DNA from: Octopus sinensis
Lineage: Eukaryota
DNA: 64,000 nucleotides
Direction: 5' to 3'
Assembly (NCBI RefSeq): GCF_006345805.1
Contig: NC_043011.1
Location: 37,522,464-37,586,463, forward strand
Below are positions 51,164 through 64,000 of this stretch, one piece after another. The notes beneath the pieces were generated by a model that was not told the origin of the DNA, ran no database searches, and worked only from the letters and a program-made list of their open reading frames with translations. Position 1 is the first letter of the stretch, and each line of letters begins with the position of its first letter. The position numbers and the translations under genes were made by a program.

Positions 51164-51352
51164 GCAGATAGACAGGCAGATAGAGAGAAAGATAGATAGA
51201 CACGGACAGAGAGAGGAGGAGAGAGAAGATAGACAGAGATAGATAGGCATCGACAGGGAAGGACTGAGAGAGAGGGAAAAGAGATGATAGATCGATAGAG
51301 ACGGAGGGAGATAGACAGATAGATAGATTGATTGATAGATAGATAGAGAGAG

Positions 51353-51425
<73 letters not shown>

Positions 51426-51435
51426 TATAGATAGA
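51075..51435 (+). repeat. (TAGA)n / (GA)-rich compound microsatellite
   Basis: Directly visible. Similar (TAGA)n at 57290-57412 and (TATG)n/(TCTA)n at 29990-30092. Confidence 0.95.
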
Positions 51436-51484
51436 CTGACGTAATGATTAAAGGATAGCTAGATATACATTTACCCACTGATAT

Positions 51485-51574
<90 letters not shown>

Positions 51575-51579
51575 TGTGA

Positions 51580-51664
<85 letters not shown>

Positions 51665-52000
51665 ATATATATATATATATTATATGGAATACAGAGTTGT
51701 TGAACGCGCAATAAATGTGTATTCGTATTTACACGGCAAACGGAATATCTACTTAAAATATACATATCTACACCTAGATATACCTTTATTTTTTAAATAA
51801 ATAATCGGCGCAAGTGCTTATCTGACAACGCACGAGACTTGGTTGCTACTTCACTCTGTAACTTCTACCGATTATTAATAATAAATGTATATACACTCAT
51901 ACTTTGTGTTTTGCTTCTGTATTTGGATCGCTATACTTTTCTACGCGCACACACACACACACACAAATACGAATATTTGGGCGTAAGGTTCTTACCACAC

Positions 52001-52340
52001 AGAAGTGGCTCTGTGGTAAGAAGCTTGCTTCCCAAACATGGTTTTTGATTTAGTCCGATTGCCTGTCACCTTGACAACTATATTTTATTATAGGCTCGCG
52101 CCGACCAAAGACTTGTGAATGGATTTGGTTGACGGAAACTGAAAGAAGCCCGTCATATGCATATATATATATATGTATATATCTTTGACAACCGGTGTTA
52201 GTACGTTTACTTCTCTGCAACTTAGCGGTTCGATGAAGTGAGGGATAAAATAAGTACCAGGGTTAAAAAGAAGGGGGCCAATTGTTCGTCAACAACACTT
52301 GAAGACCATGTCCAGCATGGCCACAGTCAAATGGCTGAAA
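52001..52340 (+). mobile_element. SINE family A, diverged
   Basis: GAAGTGGCTCTGTGGTAAGAAGCTTGC head, GGAAACTGAAAGAAGCCCGTC body, CAGCATGGCCACAGTC tail. Confidence 0.8.
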
Positions 52341-52669
52341 CAAATTAAAAAGTGGAAGAATACATATACACACGTGTGGATGTACGCATGTGTATATGAA
52401 TGTGTGTAGATATATATTGGATACTTCTCATCAATAATGATAAAATATGTATGTGAGCTGCTGCTAAAACGTTCCTAGCTCTGGATAAAACTATATACTT
52501 CTTTTATTAACAGTTATCGCCAAACTAATATGGCAGTCCATAAATATAAGACGAAAGCTGCCGTTGATCAGCTCTAATAGGCCATCGCCTCTTGCTAGCT
52601 ATATGACACACGAACCTGTGTCCATTATAACCTTCGTAGTTTATAATGGACACAGGTTCGTGTGCCATA

Positions 52670-52990
52670 TAGCTTTTACGTTCTGAGTTCAAATTCCGCC
52701 GAGATCGACTTTGCCTTTCATGCTTTCGGGGTCGATAAATTAAGTACCAGTTACGCATTGGAGTCGATATAATCGATTTAATCCGTTTGTCTATCTTTGT
52801 TTGTCCTCTTTGTGTTTAGCCCCTTGTGGGTAGTAAAGAAATAGGTATTTCAGTAGTCTTTACTTTTTGAGTTCAAGTTCCATCGAAGTCACCCTCGCCT
52901 TTCAATATTTCGGAGTCGATAAAATGATTACAGTTAACTAATAGGTGTCGCTGCAAGTGACTTACCTACTCCCCCGAAATTGCTATCCTT
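52670..52990 (+). mobile_element. SINE family B, two units with the same TAAAGAAATA|GGTATTTC junction
   Basis: Unit junction at 52844 matches those at 27864 and 34115. Confidence 0.82.
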
Positions 52991-53544
52991 AAACCAAAAT
53001 TTCTTATTGTAATTTACATAACTTTTTTTCTTAATGCCGTAATCTTGTAGTATGAAGCTTCTTCAAATTATAGTTTCTAATTTCAGAAATTATCTCATTT
53101 ATTGATTTCTATTCCCGGAACCCCTACTAGAGGGCTTGGCTGATACAATAACGCCGACTTCACGATTTAACACTTAACTCTCGCTAAGATATACATCTAA
53201 CAGATTTAAATTAATCACGATATTTTCCATAGTATAGCCTCTGATATCCAGTAACTGTCGATGCTCTGTTCTCGCTTACTGATGGTGTACAAGATATTTC
53301 TAGTATTGAGCAAAATCGATTTCAAAATGTGTTGACCTATAAAAATATGCATAATTTTTAACACTGATCAGACATATATTAAATGATTCAGCGTGCACAT
53401 CTAAAATCCGGTGAAATTTTATCGAAATAGAAACGGTTGGTATTTCCTTGAGTTGAAATGCATGAGTACTGTGAATTAATATCATTAATATGATATAGTT
53501 ATTAATTGTAAATGTTAAAAGATGAACTATATGCATTACAGTGT

Positions 53545-53905
53545 AAACGCAATGGCCCAGTGGTTAGGGCAGCGCACTTGCGTTCGTAGGATCACGGTTT
53601 CTATTCCCAGACCGGGCATTGTGAGTGTTCATTGAACGAAAACACCTAAAGCTCCACGGGGCTCCCACAGGAAAGTGGGATTGTCGAATGCTACCGAAGT
53701 ATTTTGCAACAACTTTCTCTCACTCTTTCTTCCTGTTTCTGTTGTACCTGTATTACAATCGGCCATCTTTGTCACTGTCTGTGTCACGCCGAACCTCCCC
53801 GAGAACTAAGTTAAGAGTGCTCAGCCACTTGCACATTAATTTCACGAGCAGGCTATTCCGTTGGTCGGATCAACGGAAACCGTTGGCGTCGTAACCGACG
53901 GATTG
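53545..53905 (+). mobile_element. tRNA-derived SINE: family D head with a family C-variant 3' part
   Basis: AATGGCCCAGTGGTTAGGGCAGCG head as at 22669 and 24888. The 3' GGATCAACGGAAACCGTTGGCGTCGTAACCGACGGA matches the 43270 and 38110 copies. Confidence 0.78.
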
Positions 53906-54479
53906 TCATGACGATATGCGTTACATATGATTTATCGAGGCAGACGAAATTATGCAATAAATCTTATGGAATATTACCTTTTCCATAAAGTTCAATAAAC
54001 ATTCCTGTGTAGATAAGCTGTCGAATTTGAGTGACTTAGTTTCTAGGCTAAGTCAATGAATAAAAATCGCCTAGGTATGATATTGTTATAGCACATGTGC
54101 CAAAACCTGAAGGTCTAGTTCTCATGTTAGTGTCTTTAATTAAGAGAAACAAGCGAGTAAAATAAAACCTGTTTTTCAAGTAATCAATAAAGGAATGTTA
54201 GTTATTTAAACAGAATACGCACTAATCATCAATTCAATGAATTAATTTCAATTCTATCACAAAAAATATGTCCAGTGTAAAAGTGCGACGATTTGAAACA
54301 CTTTAAGAAACATCAACGGTTTTCTTTTTTTTTTTGTCCCTACATCATGCCTGGACGTGTACATTCCTGGCTACCGGCATTCTATTTTTGACCGTCACAC
54401 CATCTTAGGGGTTTGCTTTTCTATATTATATAATGCAATGTTCCCTTATTAGAGACGGTAAAAAGAGTAAATACCCCTT

Positions 54480-54767
54480 TTGTCATGACGGACCATGAGA
54501 TTGCAACTAGAAAGTTACCCTCTGAGGCATGAGTCAGGATTAGGTTGTTTATGGAAGACCAGCAATGGCCCACGCATGCCAGCCTCCCCGCTTCACGCCA
54601 CCAATGTTATCCATCGGAAAGACAAAGGTCAATACAGCTTAGTACCAGTGGGTGAACTGGAAGAACGTGATAGAAAGTGTCTTGCTCAAGAACACAACAC
54701 AGTTCGATCCGGAAATCACACTCATTACTTCATGATTGTGAACCTGACGCTTTACCACTGAGCCAGT
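54480..54767 (-). mobile_element. tRNA-derived SINE family C
   Basis: Reverse complement of the 34888 copy (AAAGTGTCTTGCTCAAGAACAC...TTTACCACTGAGCCA). Confidence 0.8.
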
Positions 54768-55797
54768 AAATAATTTTAGGGAAATTTAGCCGTCCTTTCT
54801 AATTCGGTCGAATGACCGCATGAAAAACATCATCACGACCTGAATGTTAGGATCGGAAGATTCCAGAACATGTGCTATCTGACAATCGTCTCATCTAAAG
54901 AATTATTCAAAATGTCGCTATACTAATTATATATTTCTTTGCAGTATTGAGTTTTCTCTAACAGACATTATCCATTTACATTTAAGCACATTGAATTACG
55001 ATGACAAATATTCAACTCACTGTAAACATACATGATGCTGTGATTAAAACGTTTATTAAATGAAAATTACTTCTACAATAAATTCATGTCTATATCGTCT
55101 TCAGTGAGATGAAACGAAAGTGGGGATGGCAACTCTGAAATCTCAATTAATTAAAACTAAAATTAAGCATGTTGCGAGATGAAGAAAACATCATGTTATC
55201 ACCTTAAGTTAATTTTCTTTTGCACTTTCTATTATAAGGAGTGGTTGTGGTTAATTAAGAAATTGCTTTGCTCAAACCATTAAGCTTGTTAAATAGTGTT
55301 AATTGATTTAAATATTTTATTTTTCAGGACAGCATCTCTGAATTATTTTCTTTCTCACACATTATACACAGATCAATTGTTGAAGTATAGGGGAAGTGCA
55401 GTGTACATGGAATAAATAATAGATACCATAACCGTTTTACAAAAGAAAAAAAAGAAGACCAAAGTGCCACGCCAAGCCCACAAGGTAGTTTTTCACCTCC
55501 AACAGAGTTAAAAGGAGTCTATATTTTATATATTCTTTCAGATGCTGCCTCCTGCTTTTTCGTTTTGTTTTCTTTGTATTTTATGTATGGTGAAATGGTT
55601 AAATTTGCCAGTAACTCCAAATAGAATTCGCGATGAATAATCAAAAGAAATTACAGAAAGTTTCAAGTATACATACATACATAAACACACACACACACAC
55701 ACATACACATATACATATATATATATATATGCACAAATACATATGTATATGTATATATATATGTGTGTGTGTGTGTATGTGTGTGCCTGTATATAAG

Positions 55798-55828
<31 letters not shown>

Positions 55829-55869
55829 GTGTATATATGCATTTATATACATAAATATATATGTGCATG

Positions 55870-55901
<32 letters not shown>

Positions 55902-57310
55902 AATGAGGAAGAGAGGGTAATCTTGAGTTCTTGCCGTTGAACTTTGTCAATGTTTTAGTAGGAATATGATTATCTTGAGACAGATGAAGCACGTCGTATT
56001 AAACATACAGCTAAAAGAAATAAGGTGTCAGCAGTTAAATTAAAAACCAAAAGAGAATAATCTAGTTAAACTTTCACTGGAAGTTGATGGTTCTGAATGA
56101 GAGAGAAAAATGTAAAATCGAAAAGCTGAACGTCAGATGGGGTGCGAGTGAGAATGGCGAGCAAGTGTCAGCTAGAGAGAAATAATGTTGAACACGAGAA
56201 TCAGTGAGTGATTGAGTGAGTGAGTGAGAAAATATGTGAGTGATTTAATTAGTGAGGGCGTGTGTCTGAGTGAGTGAGTGAGTGAGTGAGTGAATGAAGA
56301 AAACGAGGAAGACTAGAATGAGAAAACATTAAACAAAAACATTACTTAATACAGATGTGAAGTTTTGTACTTCAATGTAAAAGTATTTAGTGGAAGTCAC
56401 AATAAGTACAAATTGAAAGAATTATACCAGGTGTTGTAAAACGAAATGAGATTAAGTTTTACTAAAGTGGTTACCCCTTCCAAACACGACAAATATTGAA
56501 GTAACAAAAATAAAAGAAAGCAAAATAAAAGAAGCAAACGATTTTATGGTAATGAAATTACACAGAGTCTGTAAAATACATTAGTATTTCATTTAAGCAA
56601 TGCGATGTCGCCACCTTAAACGCATTGCATTCCCTCTGCGAATAAAATCTAAGGTGGAATATGGTAGACTTCAAAAGAATATATTTTTCGTTTATTTATT
56701 CTTTTACACATATGTTTATATATTTATTTATTCTATATCGTCTCGGAGGAGATATTGAAAATATAATCTTTTATACGTTGCTTACGAGGCAGCAATTTCA
56801 GGTTAGAAACAGAAGTCTCCAGTCAATGAATTAGTAAGATTTATAACCGTTCAAATCCTTTTAAACAGATATCATGCAAATGAGGTAAATCACTAACGCA
56901 AATTAGCACTGAGACAATTCTTGTCAGTGTAAATACAGTTATCATATAGATTCCTAACATTTAGTAATGACAATTTATTTAGTATCGGGGGACAAACGAG
57001 AATTTATATGTCTGCTGTCCTCTCGGGTTTCTGCATTTGAATTCTAAGAATTGTTTATGTTGTCTTAACAGTCTGATTTTACCAAACTAAGAAGTAAGAA
57101 TATTCTAGCGTAATATTTTCAGATGCGAGTGTAACAGACTTCTCTGCCAAATTTGATACGAGGAAATTGTGCAAATTCACGACACCACTTGACATGTTTT
57201 CTGAAGAATTCTCAATAGTGAGTCACCTACTATTTCCTCAACAAACGAAGTGAGGGTAACACTTCCTTTGATAAAGTTATATATATATAGAGAGATAGAT
57301 AGATAGATAG

Positions 57311-57405
<95 letters not shown>

Positions 57406-57438
57406 CAGATAGATGAACACGTACGTACACACACACAA

Positions 57439-58200
57439 TGTTGCCCCTACTGTATATATTGACGAAGAAGCATTACAAACTGTTTTTTTCACTTATCGTG
57501 GTTCTATTGCGTCGAATGATACTAAGATGGATAAAGAAATTGCGTCCAGAATCAGGAAGGCCAATTCCACTTTCAGTAAGCTTTACGATGGGCTTTGGAC
57601 TGCTACGACGTTTCGTTGAAGTCGAAAGTTGATGGATTCAAGTCATTGGTTTTCTCATCATTACTTTATGTGTCAGAAAATTGGATCCTACACCGTAAGC
57701 ACATCAACCACTTTGATGTTTTTCAAATGCTATACTTGCGATCTATCTCCAACATAAAAACCGAGTGGCCATATTTCTGACAGTAAGGTGCTAACAAAAT
57801 ACAACATATCGAGTATTGAAGCCATCTTCATCAGAATACAGCCTAGATAGTCAGGTCATCTCTCGCATATGAGCGGTATCAGAATTCCGAGGCAAATTCT
57901 CAACAGAAGGTCATTGGGAAGGTTATTCTTGCGTTTGAAATACAAACTAAAACACCATTTGGTGCGATGCGACTTTCCTATTTGTTCTTGGAAAAACAAC
58001 AGAACGCAGGACCTGGCACCAGTTCTGTTTCTTTCAGTTCAAAGATTTGAACAAATTTGACTCCAATATCGGGACCAACTTCGTGTGAGCATGCTGGTAA
58101 AAACGCTGCACCTTTAAATGAAAAGCTTACATGTAATTGTGGTTTTGCGGCACAGAGCAAAGCAGGCCATGCCGTCCACACAAGAAAACAAGTAGTAAAT
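57439..58200 (+). mobile_element. RTE-clade LINE relic: RT C-terminal region and terminal Zn-finger-like motif, frameshifted
   Basis: FTYRGSIASNDTKMDKEIASRIRKANSTFSKL, SSLLYVSENW, GHLSHMSGIRIPRQIL and TCNCGFAAQSKAGHAVHTR across shifting frames. Confidence 0.82.
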
Positions 58201-58244
58201 AATCCACAAACAATCGTGCAAACTGATTTCCCACTTTGTTCCAT

Positions 58245-58439
58245 TTACTCTCTTTGCTTGTTTCAGTTATTTGACTGTGGCCATGCTGGAGAACCGCCTT
58301 TAGTCGAGCAAATCGACCCAAGGACTTATTGTTTTTAAGTCTAGTACTTGTTCTATCTTTGTCTTTTGCCGAACCGCTAAGTTACGGGGATGTAAACACA
58401 CCAGCATCGGGGGGACAAACACAGCCACACAAACATATA

Positions 58440-58492
<53 letters not shown>

Positions 58493-58645
58493 GACGGGCT
58501 TCTTTCAGTTTCCGTCTACCAAATCCACTCACAAAGCTTTGGTCGGCCCGAGGCTATAGTAGAAGACACTTGCCCAAGGTGCCACGCAGTAGGACTGAAC
58601 CCCGAACCATGTGTTTCGTAAGCAAGCTACTTACCACACAGCCAA
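58245..58645 (-). mobile_element. SINE family A, full length
   Basis: Reverse complement of the 10181 copy, including the internal (TA)n. Confidence 0.9.
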
Positions 58646-60065
58646 AGTCCCTCACAGGCGCCAAGAGATACGTGCGTGTCCATAGAGCATGATTAACGCT
58701 TTATTTTAGTGAAGATTCATTTGTCGATGACGACGAGAGAATCCATCATAACAATTCGGAATTCTCTCTCCTCTTGCTTTGTCTGAAAATAATGCAAATT
58801 AACCCTAATATATTTTTCTTTTGTGTATTTATTTGCAATGGTCGAAACATCAGATTGGAAATCTTCAAACCTACCGTAAGTGTCCCTCTATATATATCAC
58901 ATGTTATATATGATTCTATATGCATACATAAATGTGTGATTTCGCATGTGTGGTGTGTGAGTACGCTCGCGGGCCCGAATGCACTTTGCCTTGTGTTTAG
59001 AGTGTTACAATTACGATCACAAAACCGTGTCATTGTTATTCATCAGGAATTTCTACTTCGGAGATGGCAAAACTATTGTCACCATACACTTGCACAATCA
59101 TTTTCCGCACTACGTTATTCTTATTCCTACGTTTTCGAATGTGTACATTCGAAAAGAGGAAGAAGAGAAAGAAGAAGAAGAAGAAGAAGAAGAAGAAGAA
59201 GAAGAAGAAGAAGAAGAAGAAAAAGAAGAAGAAGAAGAAGAAGGAGAAAAAGAAGGAGAAAAAGAAAACAAAGAAGATGAGGAAGAGAAAGAATTGGAAG
59301 GAAATGTGTTTATAATAACGATGTTTAATAATTTTTAGCAAACTAATTAATCATAGAGGACACAAATCTCAGAGGAAACGTTCTCATTTTAAAATAAATA
59401 GCTGTATGCAATGGAATCTTTGTGAATGGCCCCCGTTGACCTAAAGTCACAACGGGACTAAAATCATGCAAATATGTGACCTTATAATTGTTATGGTGAA
59501 ATTCCTGTGTATAGAATATGTGAAACACGTAATTTCTTTCTTTTTATGAAAAGCGACGCGCTTGCAGAATACGTATCATGTAAATAGGACAAAATACATA
59601 ACGATATATCTACTGCTTTTTACATCTTGAGTTAAAGTCCCGCCGAATAGACATTGCCTTTTAAAATTTTGGGGGACAATAAAAGGAGTTCCAGTTGAAC
59701 ACTGGGATCAGTGGCACTGATTTATTCTCAGCCCTAAAATTGATATCTTTCTGTATCAATGTCGAACTTATTGTTACTTTATGAGAATATGATGTTTCAC
59801 ATTTCTGCCTTAGATTAATTTGTAAAATACACGTTCTATTTAGGAGTCTGATCATTTAAATCAGTATTTGTTAAACAATTTTTATCTACCACTATTCTGC
59901 TGCTATAACAAAAACTGTCTCTAATATTCAATGCTCCTATAAATTATAAGTCATTTATAAATGTAATATCAGGCGAGGACAAATAATGTATTAAAAATTT
60001 ATCATTGACATGGCTTAGGGTTTTACGTGCAAGGTTTATATATATATATATACATATATATACAC

Positions 60066-60097
<32 letters not shown>

Positions 60098-60126
60098 GAA
60101 TATATATAATATATATATACATATAA

Positions 60127-60164
<38 letters not shown>

Positions 60165-60293
60165 GTATTTATATATATAAATATATGTATGTATGTGTGT
60201 ATTTACATCTATGTATCAATGTATCTATCTATCTACATATGTATATATATATATTATATATATATACATACATACATACACACATACTCACAG

Positions 60294-60349
<56 letters not shown>

Positions 60350-61471
60350 TATATATATGTATATAAGCAATAATAAATCTCTGAGCAAGGTATAAACAGT
60401 ATCTGCACGAGATCGTGATCTATATTTGCCACCTAAATGTGGCTAAAACTTAAAGTTGATGCTACAGCAGCTTGTAGCCCCAGAAAGACATCTCCTCGAG
60501 CTGGCTATTGACACCCTATCTGTGCCCTATCAGTATTTGCAAAAGGAAGTCATCGTTCCACTCTCCAGCCTGAAGTGATACACACGGAGCCGATTTTCTC
60601 GGTATTGACCCGTCATCATATATAAATGGTGGTGCCCAAGCATGGCCATATCTCATGAGTTGAAACTAGATCAAATCAAATCAAATCATATACCTATATG
60701 TATGATTTATGTATGTAGCACTGTATCAATCACATAATCGGAATTTGCTATACACGACGGGTAACAATGCGCTTCGTTGCATTGCTGTACATTTCTAATG
60801 ATGTCATCTGGCTGGCTCTGGCGGCTGGCAAACATTCCCTCCCAACGGGAAGCCAGTCTATTGCGAGGTTACCCATTTATAGATGAAAGGACCGGAACAA
60901 TGAGAAATTAAATATTTCGCTCACCGACACACTACACAACCGATCAAATAATCAAAACCACGGTTTTGTGACCGTTATTGTATCACTCTAAACACAAGGC
61001 GAAGTGCATTCGGGCCCGCGAGTGTACTCACATACACACATGCGAAATCAAACATTTATGTATGCATATAGAATCATATATAACATGTGATATATATAGA
61101 GGGACACACACGGTCGGTTTGAGGATTTCCAATCTGATATTTCGACCATTGTAAATAAATACACAAAAGAGAAAAAATATTAGTGTTAATTTGCATTATT
61201 CTCAGACAAGGCAAGAGGAGAGAGAATTCCGAATGTATATGATGGATTCTCTCGTCGTCATCGACAAATTAATGTTCAGTAAAATAAAGCGTTAATCATG
61301 CTCTATGGACACGCACGTGTCTCTTGGCTCCTGTGAGGGCCTTTGGCTGTGTGGTAAGTAGCTTGCTTACGAAACACATGGTTCCGGGTTCAGTCCCACT
61401 TTTGAGTGGATTTGGTAGACGGAAACTGAAAGAAGCCCGTCGTATATATGTATATATGTATATAACAATGA
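58491..61471. repeat. Inverted duplication pair (58491-59029 and 60959-61443) plus a 10-bp inverted duplication (59030-59039 and 61462-61471)
   Basis: Arms align along their full length; the right arm lacks ~54 bp of the SINE CORE block. TCATTGTTAT follows the left arm and ATAACAATGA follows the right arm after a short TA-rich stretch. Confidence 0.9.
59157..59292 (+). repeat. (GAA)n polypurine microsatellite
   Basis: Directly visible; explains the poly-E, poly-K, poly-R and poly-F ORFs. Confidence 0.95.
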
Positions 61472-61828
61472 ATAAGAGGATAAGTAAATGTTAACCTTAC
61501 TTTTCAGGGACCTGATGCCAATATGTAATTGTCATACGTACATATTCACACATACGTACGCACTCACACAAACAAACATATATGTATGTACATACTCATA
61601 CATACATATATATGCTCACACACACTTTTATATATATATATATATATATACATACATACACACACACATATATACATATATGAATAATGTGTACGCAACT
61701 TTATCCTCATATACACATAGCTGCTTACTTCCATACATGTAACATAATACACACAGACACACACACACAAATATACATATATATATATATATTAAACATT
61801 TATACGTATAAATATACATACATGCATT

Positions 61829-62340
61829 CACTGCTGTAGGATTAATGACATGTGCCCGCTAAATGGAGTCTGTATAACTAAAGCTATTATTTATGAAGCC
61901 TCCGTAAATTCCATGAACGATAATAATACAGTTTCATTTCAAAGATATGTGGGTCTCATAGAGGAAAATTTCAAAGCATGATTCAACAATCACACCTTAA
62001 GTGTCAGACACTTGAATAAACGAAAAACTACCAATATCCATTTACATATGGTTCTTCAAAGAACAAGGTGTTAACCACAAGATTTACTGGAACTTCTCAG
62101 CCAAGAGTAAACTTTATACCAACGGTAGTGCAAAGTGCAGCCTTGTAATATGGAAAGAAGGCGCATCTGGATAATTTCACTCGACCCCGCTGCATGTTTA
62201 AATTCAAGAAATGAACTTTTGGGGTTATGTCCATATGTCACAAATACCTGTTATGGTTTTGCCCCACTCTACAAGTTCAATGCTAGGATTCACGTCTCTA
62301 CTACGTTCCTGCACAAGCCTTCCAATACGTTTTAACTTCC
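61829..62340 (+). mobile_element. Second Penelope-like element: decayed GIY-YIG endonuclease C-terminus
   Basis: CCRINDMCPLNGVCITKAIIYEASV...RYVGLIEENFKA*FNNH...KCSL-CNMERRRI...CLNSRNELLGLC. This is a different endonuclease type from 6884-7369. Confidence 0.82.
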
Positions 62341-62596
62341 ATTAATTTTATAATTTTTTATATATATTCTTTCATTGTTTCCTTTTCCTTTTTACTTGCG
62401 TGAGTGTGTACGTGTGTGTATATATGTGTATGTATGTACATATATTATATGTATATGTATGTGCGTGTGTGTGTCTATATGTTTCTTTAAAAGTGGAAGA
62501 ATGCGTCGGTACATATGTGCGAATTTCATGCACATACTCCACGTCATTTATACGGATACACATATGTTTGTATATATACGGGTGCGTAAATGTATG

Positions 62597-62679
<83 letters not shown>

Positions 62680-63221
62680 TATGTATATACACATATATAT
62701 ACACACAAACGTTATTATACGTATGTGTATACGTATAAATATCTAAATATATATATATTATGTTACGTGTATGCATGTAAGCCTATGTGTATATGAAGGT
62801 CAGTTTGCGTACATATGTACAAATATATGCACGTGTGTGCTTCTGTGTGGGGGTATGTGTGTATGTATGAGTACGCACATATATATGAGTTTGTGTGTGT
62901 ACGAGTGTAGACATTGTGAATACAGGTGGTTTATGTTTATGTATTGGGAGAATATGGTTGCGTGCATCTTTTATCTTTTTTCCTTTTTATTTTTCTACCT
63001 ATTAGAGTAACTTCTCTTTTCTTCAACGATTTCATAACGTCTGTTGCGATAAATAGCCGCCAAGAAGGTATCGTAGATCTTCCCTCCGACATTCGGTACT
63101 CAGAGTACTACAATGAACATCTTTTACTAATTGTTCCAAATTATAACATATATAAATACACCTCTGTTTATCTATTATAGAGTTCTCATTCTTTTGTTGT
63201 TACGTTTTATTATTATTATTA

Positions 63222-63292
<71 letters not shown>

Positions 63293-63295
<3 letters not shown>

Positions 63296-63610
63296 TAATT
63301 TATTTTTATAGCGTGCTTTCACTTCACTACCGAGCGCAGCTCTGTGTGCCTTGGGTATGTGCTGTGATTTGTTGTGATGCTCTGATGGTTATTGTATGGA
63401 AAGTGTTCTGCGTAGGATGTGTGCAGTGCCTAGTAGTGCAATTTTCTGTATGTTATATGTGTTTGTAAGTCCTGGTGTTTTTGTTATGTATTTGTCTGAA
63501 TATTTTTTTATCATGCCTAATGCACCTACTATGATAGGAATTGTTTCTGTTTTCAGATTCCACATTCTAGTTACCTCTATTTCCAGGTCTTTGTATTTTG
63601 AGAGTTTCCA
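63293..63610 (-). mobile_element. Dong/R4-like non-LTR retrotransposon 3' end inserted in an (AAT)n microsatellite
   Basis: KLSKYKDLEIEVTRMWNLKTETIPIIVGALG...IQKIALLGTAHILRR* is a restriction-like endonuclease C-terminus. A short 3'UTR follows. (ATT)n lies on both sides (63207-63292 and 63611-63737). Confidence 0.88.
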
Positions 63611-63687
<77 letters not shown>

Positions 63688-63704
63688 CATTATTATTATT
63701 ATTA

Positions 63705-63738
<34 letters not shown>

Positions 63739-63742
63739 ACAC

Positions 63743-63786
<44 letters not shown>

Positions 63787-63902
63787 TTACAGGAAAATAT
63801 GAATATTATTACAATAATATTAATATCTACCAAGAATAAACCACCTTATATAAGCTATGTGGATCAATGATCGTACTTCGCGTTCACCTGCTGCCTCTCT
63901 CT

Positions 63903-63945
<43 letters not shown>

Positions 63946-63966
63946 TATATATATATATAATGGGAT

Positions 63967-64000
<34 letters not shown>

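Noticed and set aside
55329-55640. Acceptor/donor-like signals (TTTCAG|GAC...AAG|GTAG, then TTTCAG|ATGCTGCCT)
   Set aside because: The first segment has stops in all three frames and the following ATG frame is only ~32 codons with no recognised homology. It cannot be supported without RNA data.

Overview
AT-rich, microsatellite-dense eukaryotic DNA. The SINE families and the (TA)n/(CA)n/(AAT)n load are most consistent with an octopus/coleoid cephalopod genome; this is inferred, not database-checked. No intact host gene is recognisable, and most supplied ORFs are microsatellite artefacts. The window is a mosaic of transposable-element relics: a mariner and a Tc1 (DD34E) transposase pseudogene, two different Penelope-like elements (RT plus GIY-YIG, and GIY-YIG only), 3' ends of CR1/L2-like, RTE, HERO-like and Dong/R4-like LINEs, a Gypsy integrase scrap, several MITE-like elements and about 25 tRNA-derived SINE copies, some in 184-bp or ~156-bp tandem arrays. 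Most notable observations: (1) minimal hammerhead-ribozyme motifs, two of them facing outward in a 210-bp inverted repeat; (2) a ~2.4-kb segment with the junction pattern of a staggered-break inversion, duplicated at both breakpoints; (3) a HERO-like LINE end between ~170-bp direct repeats, whose 3'UTR carries hammerhead core words in a permuted order; (4) further long inverted repeats and a ~200-bp palindrome; (5) a TIR element carrying telomeric repeats.
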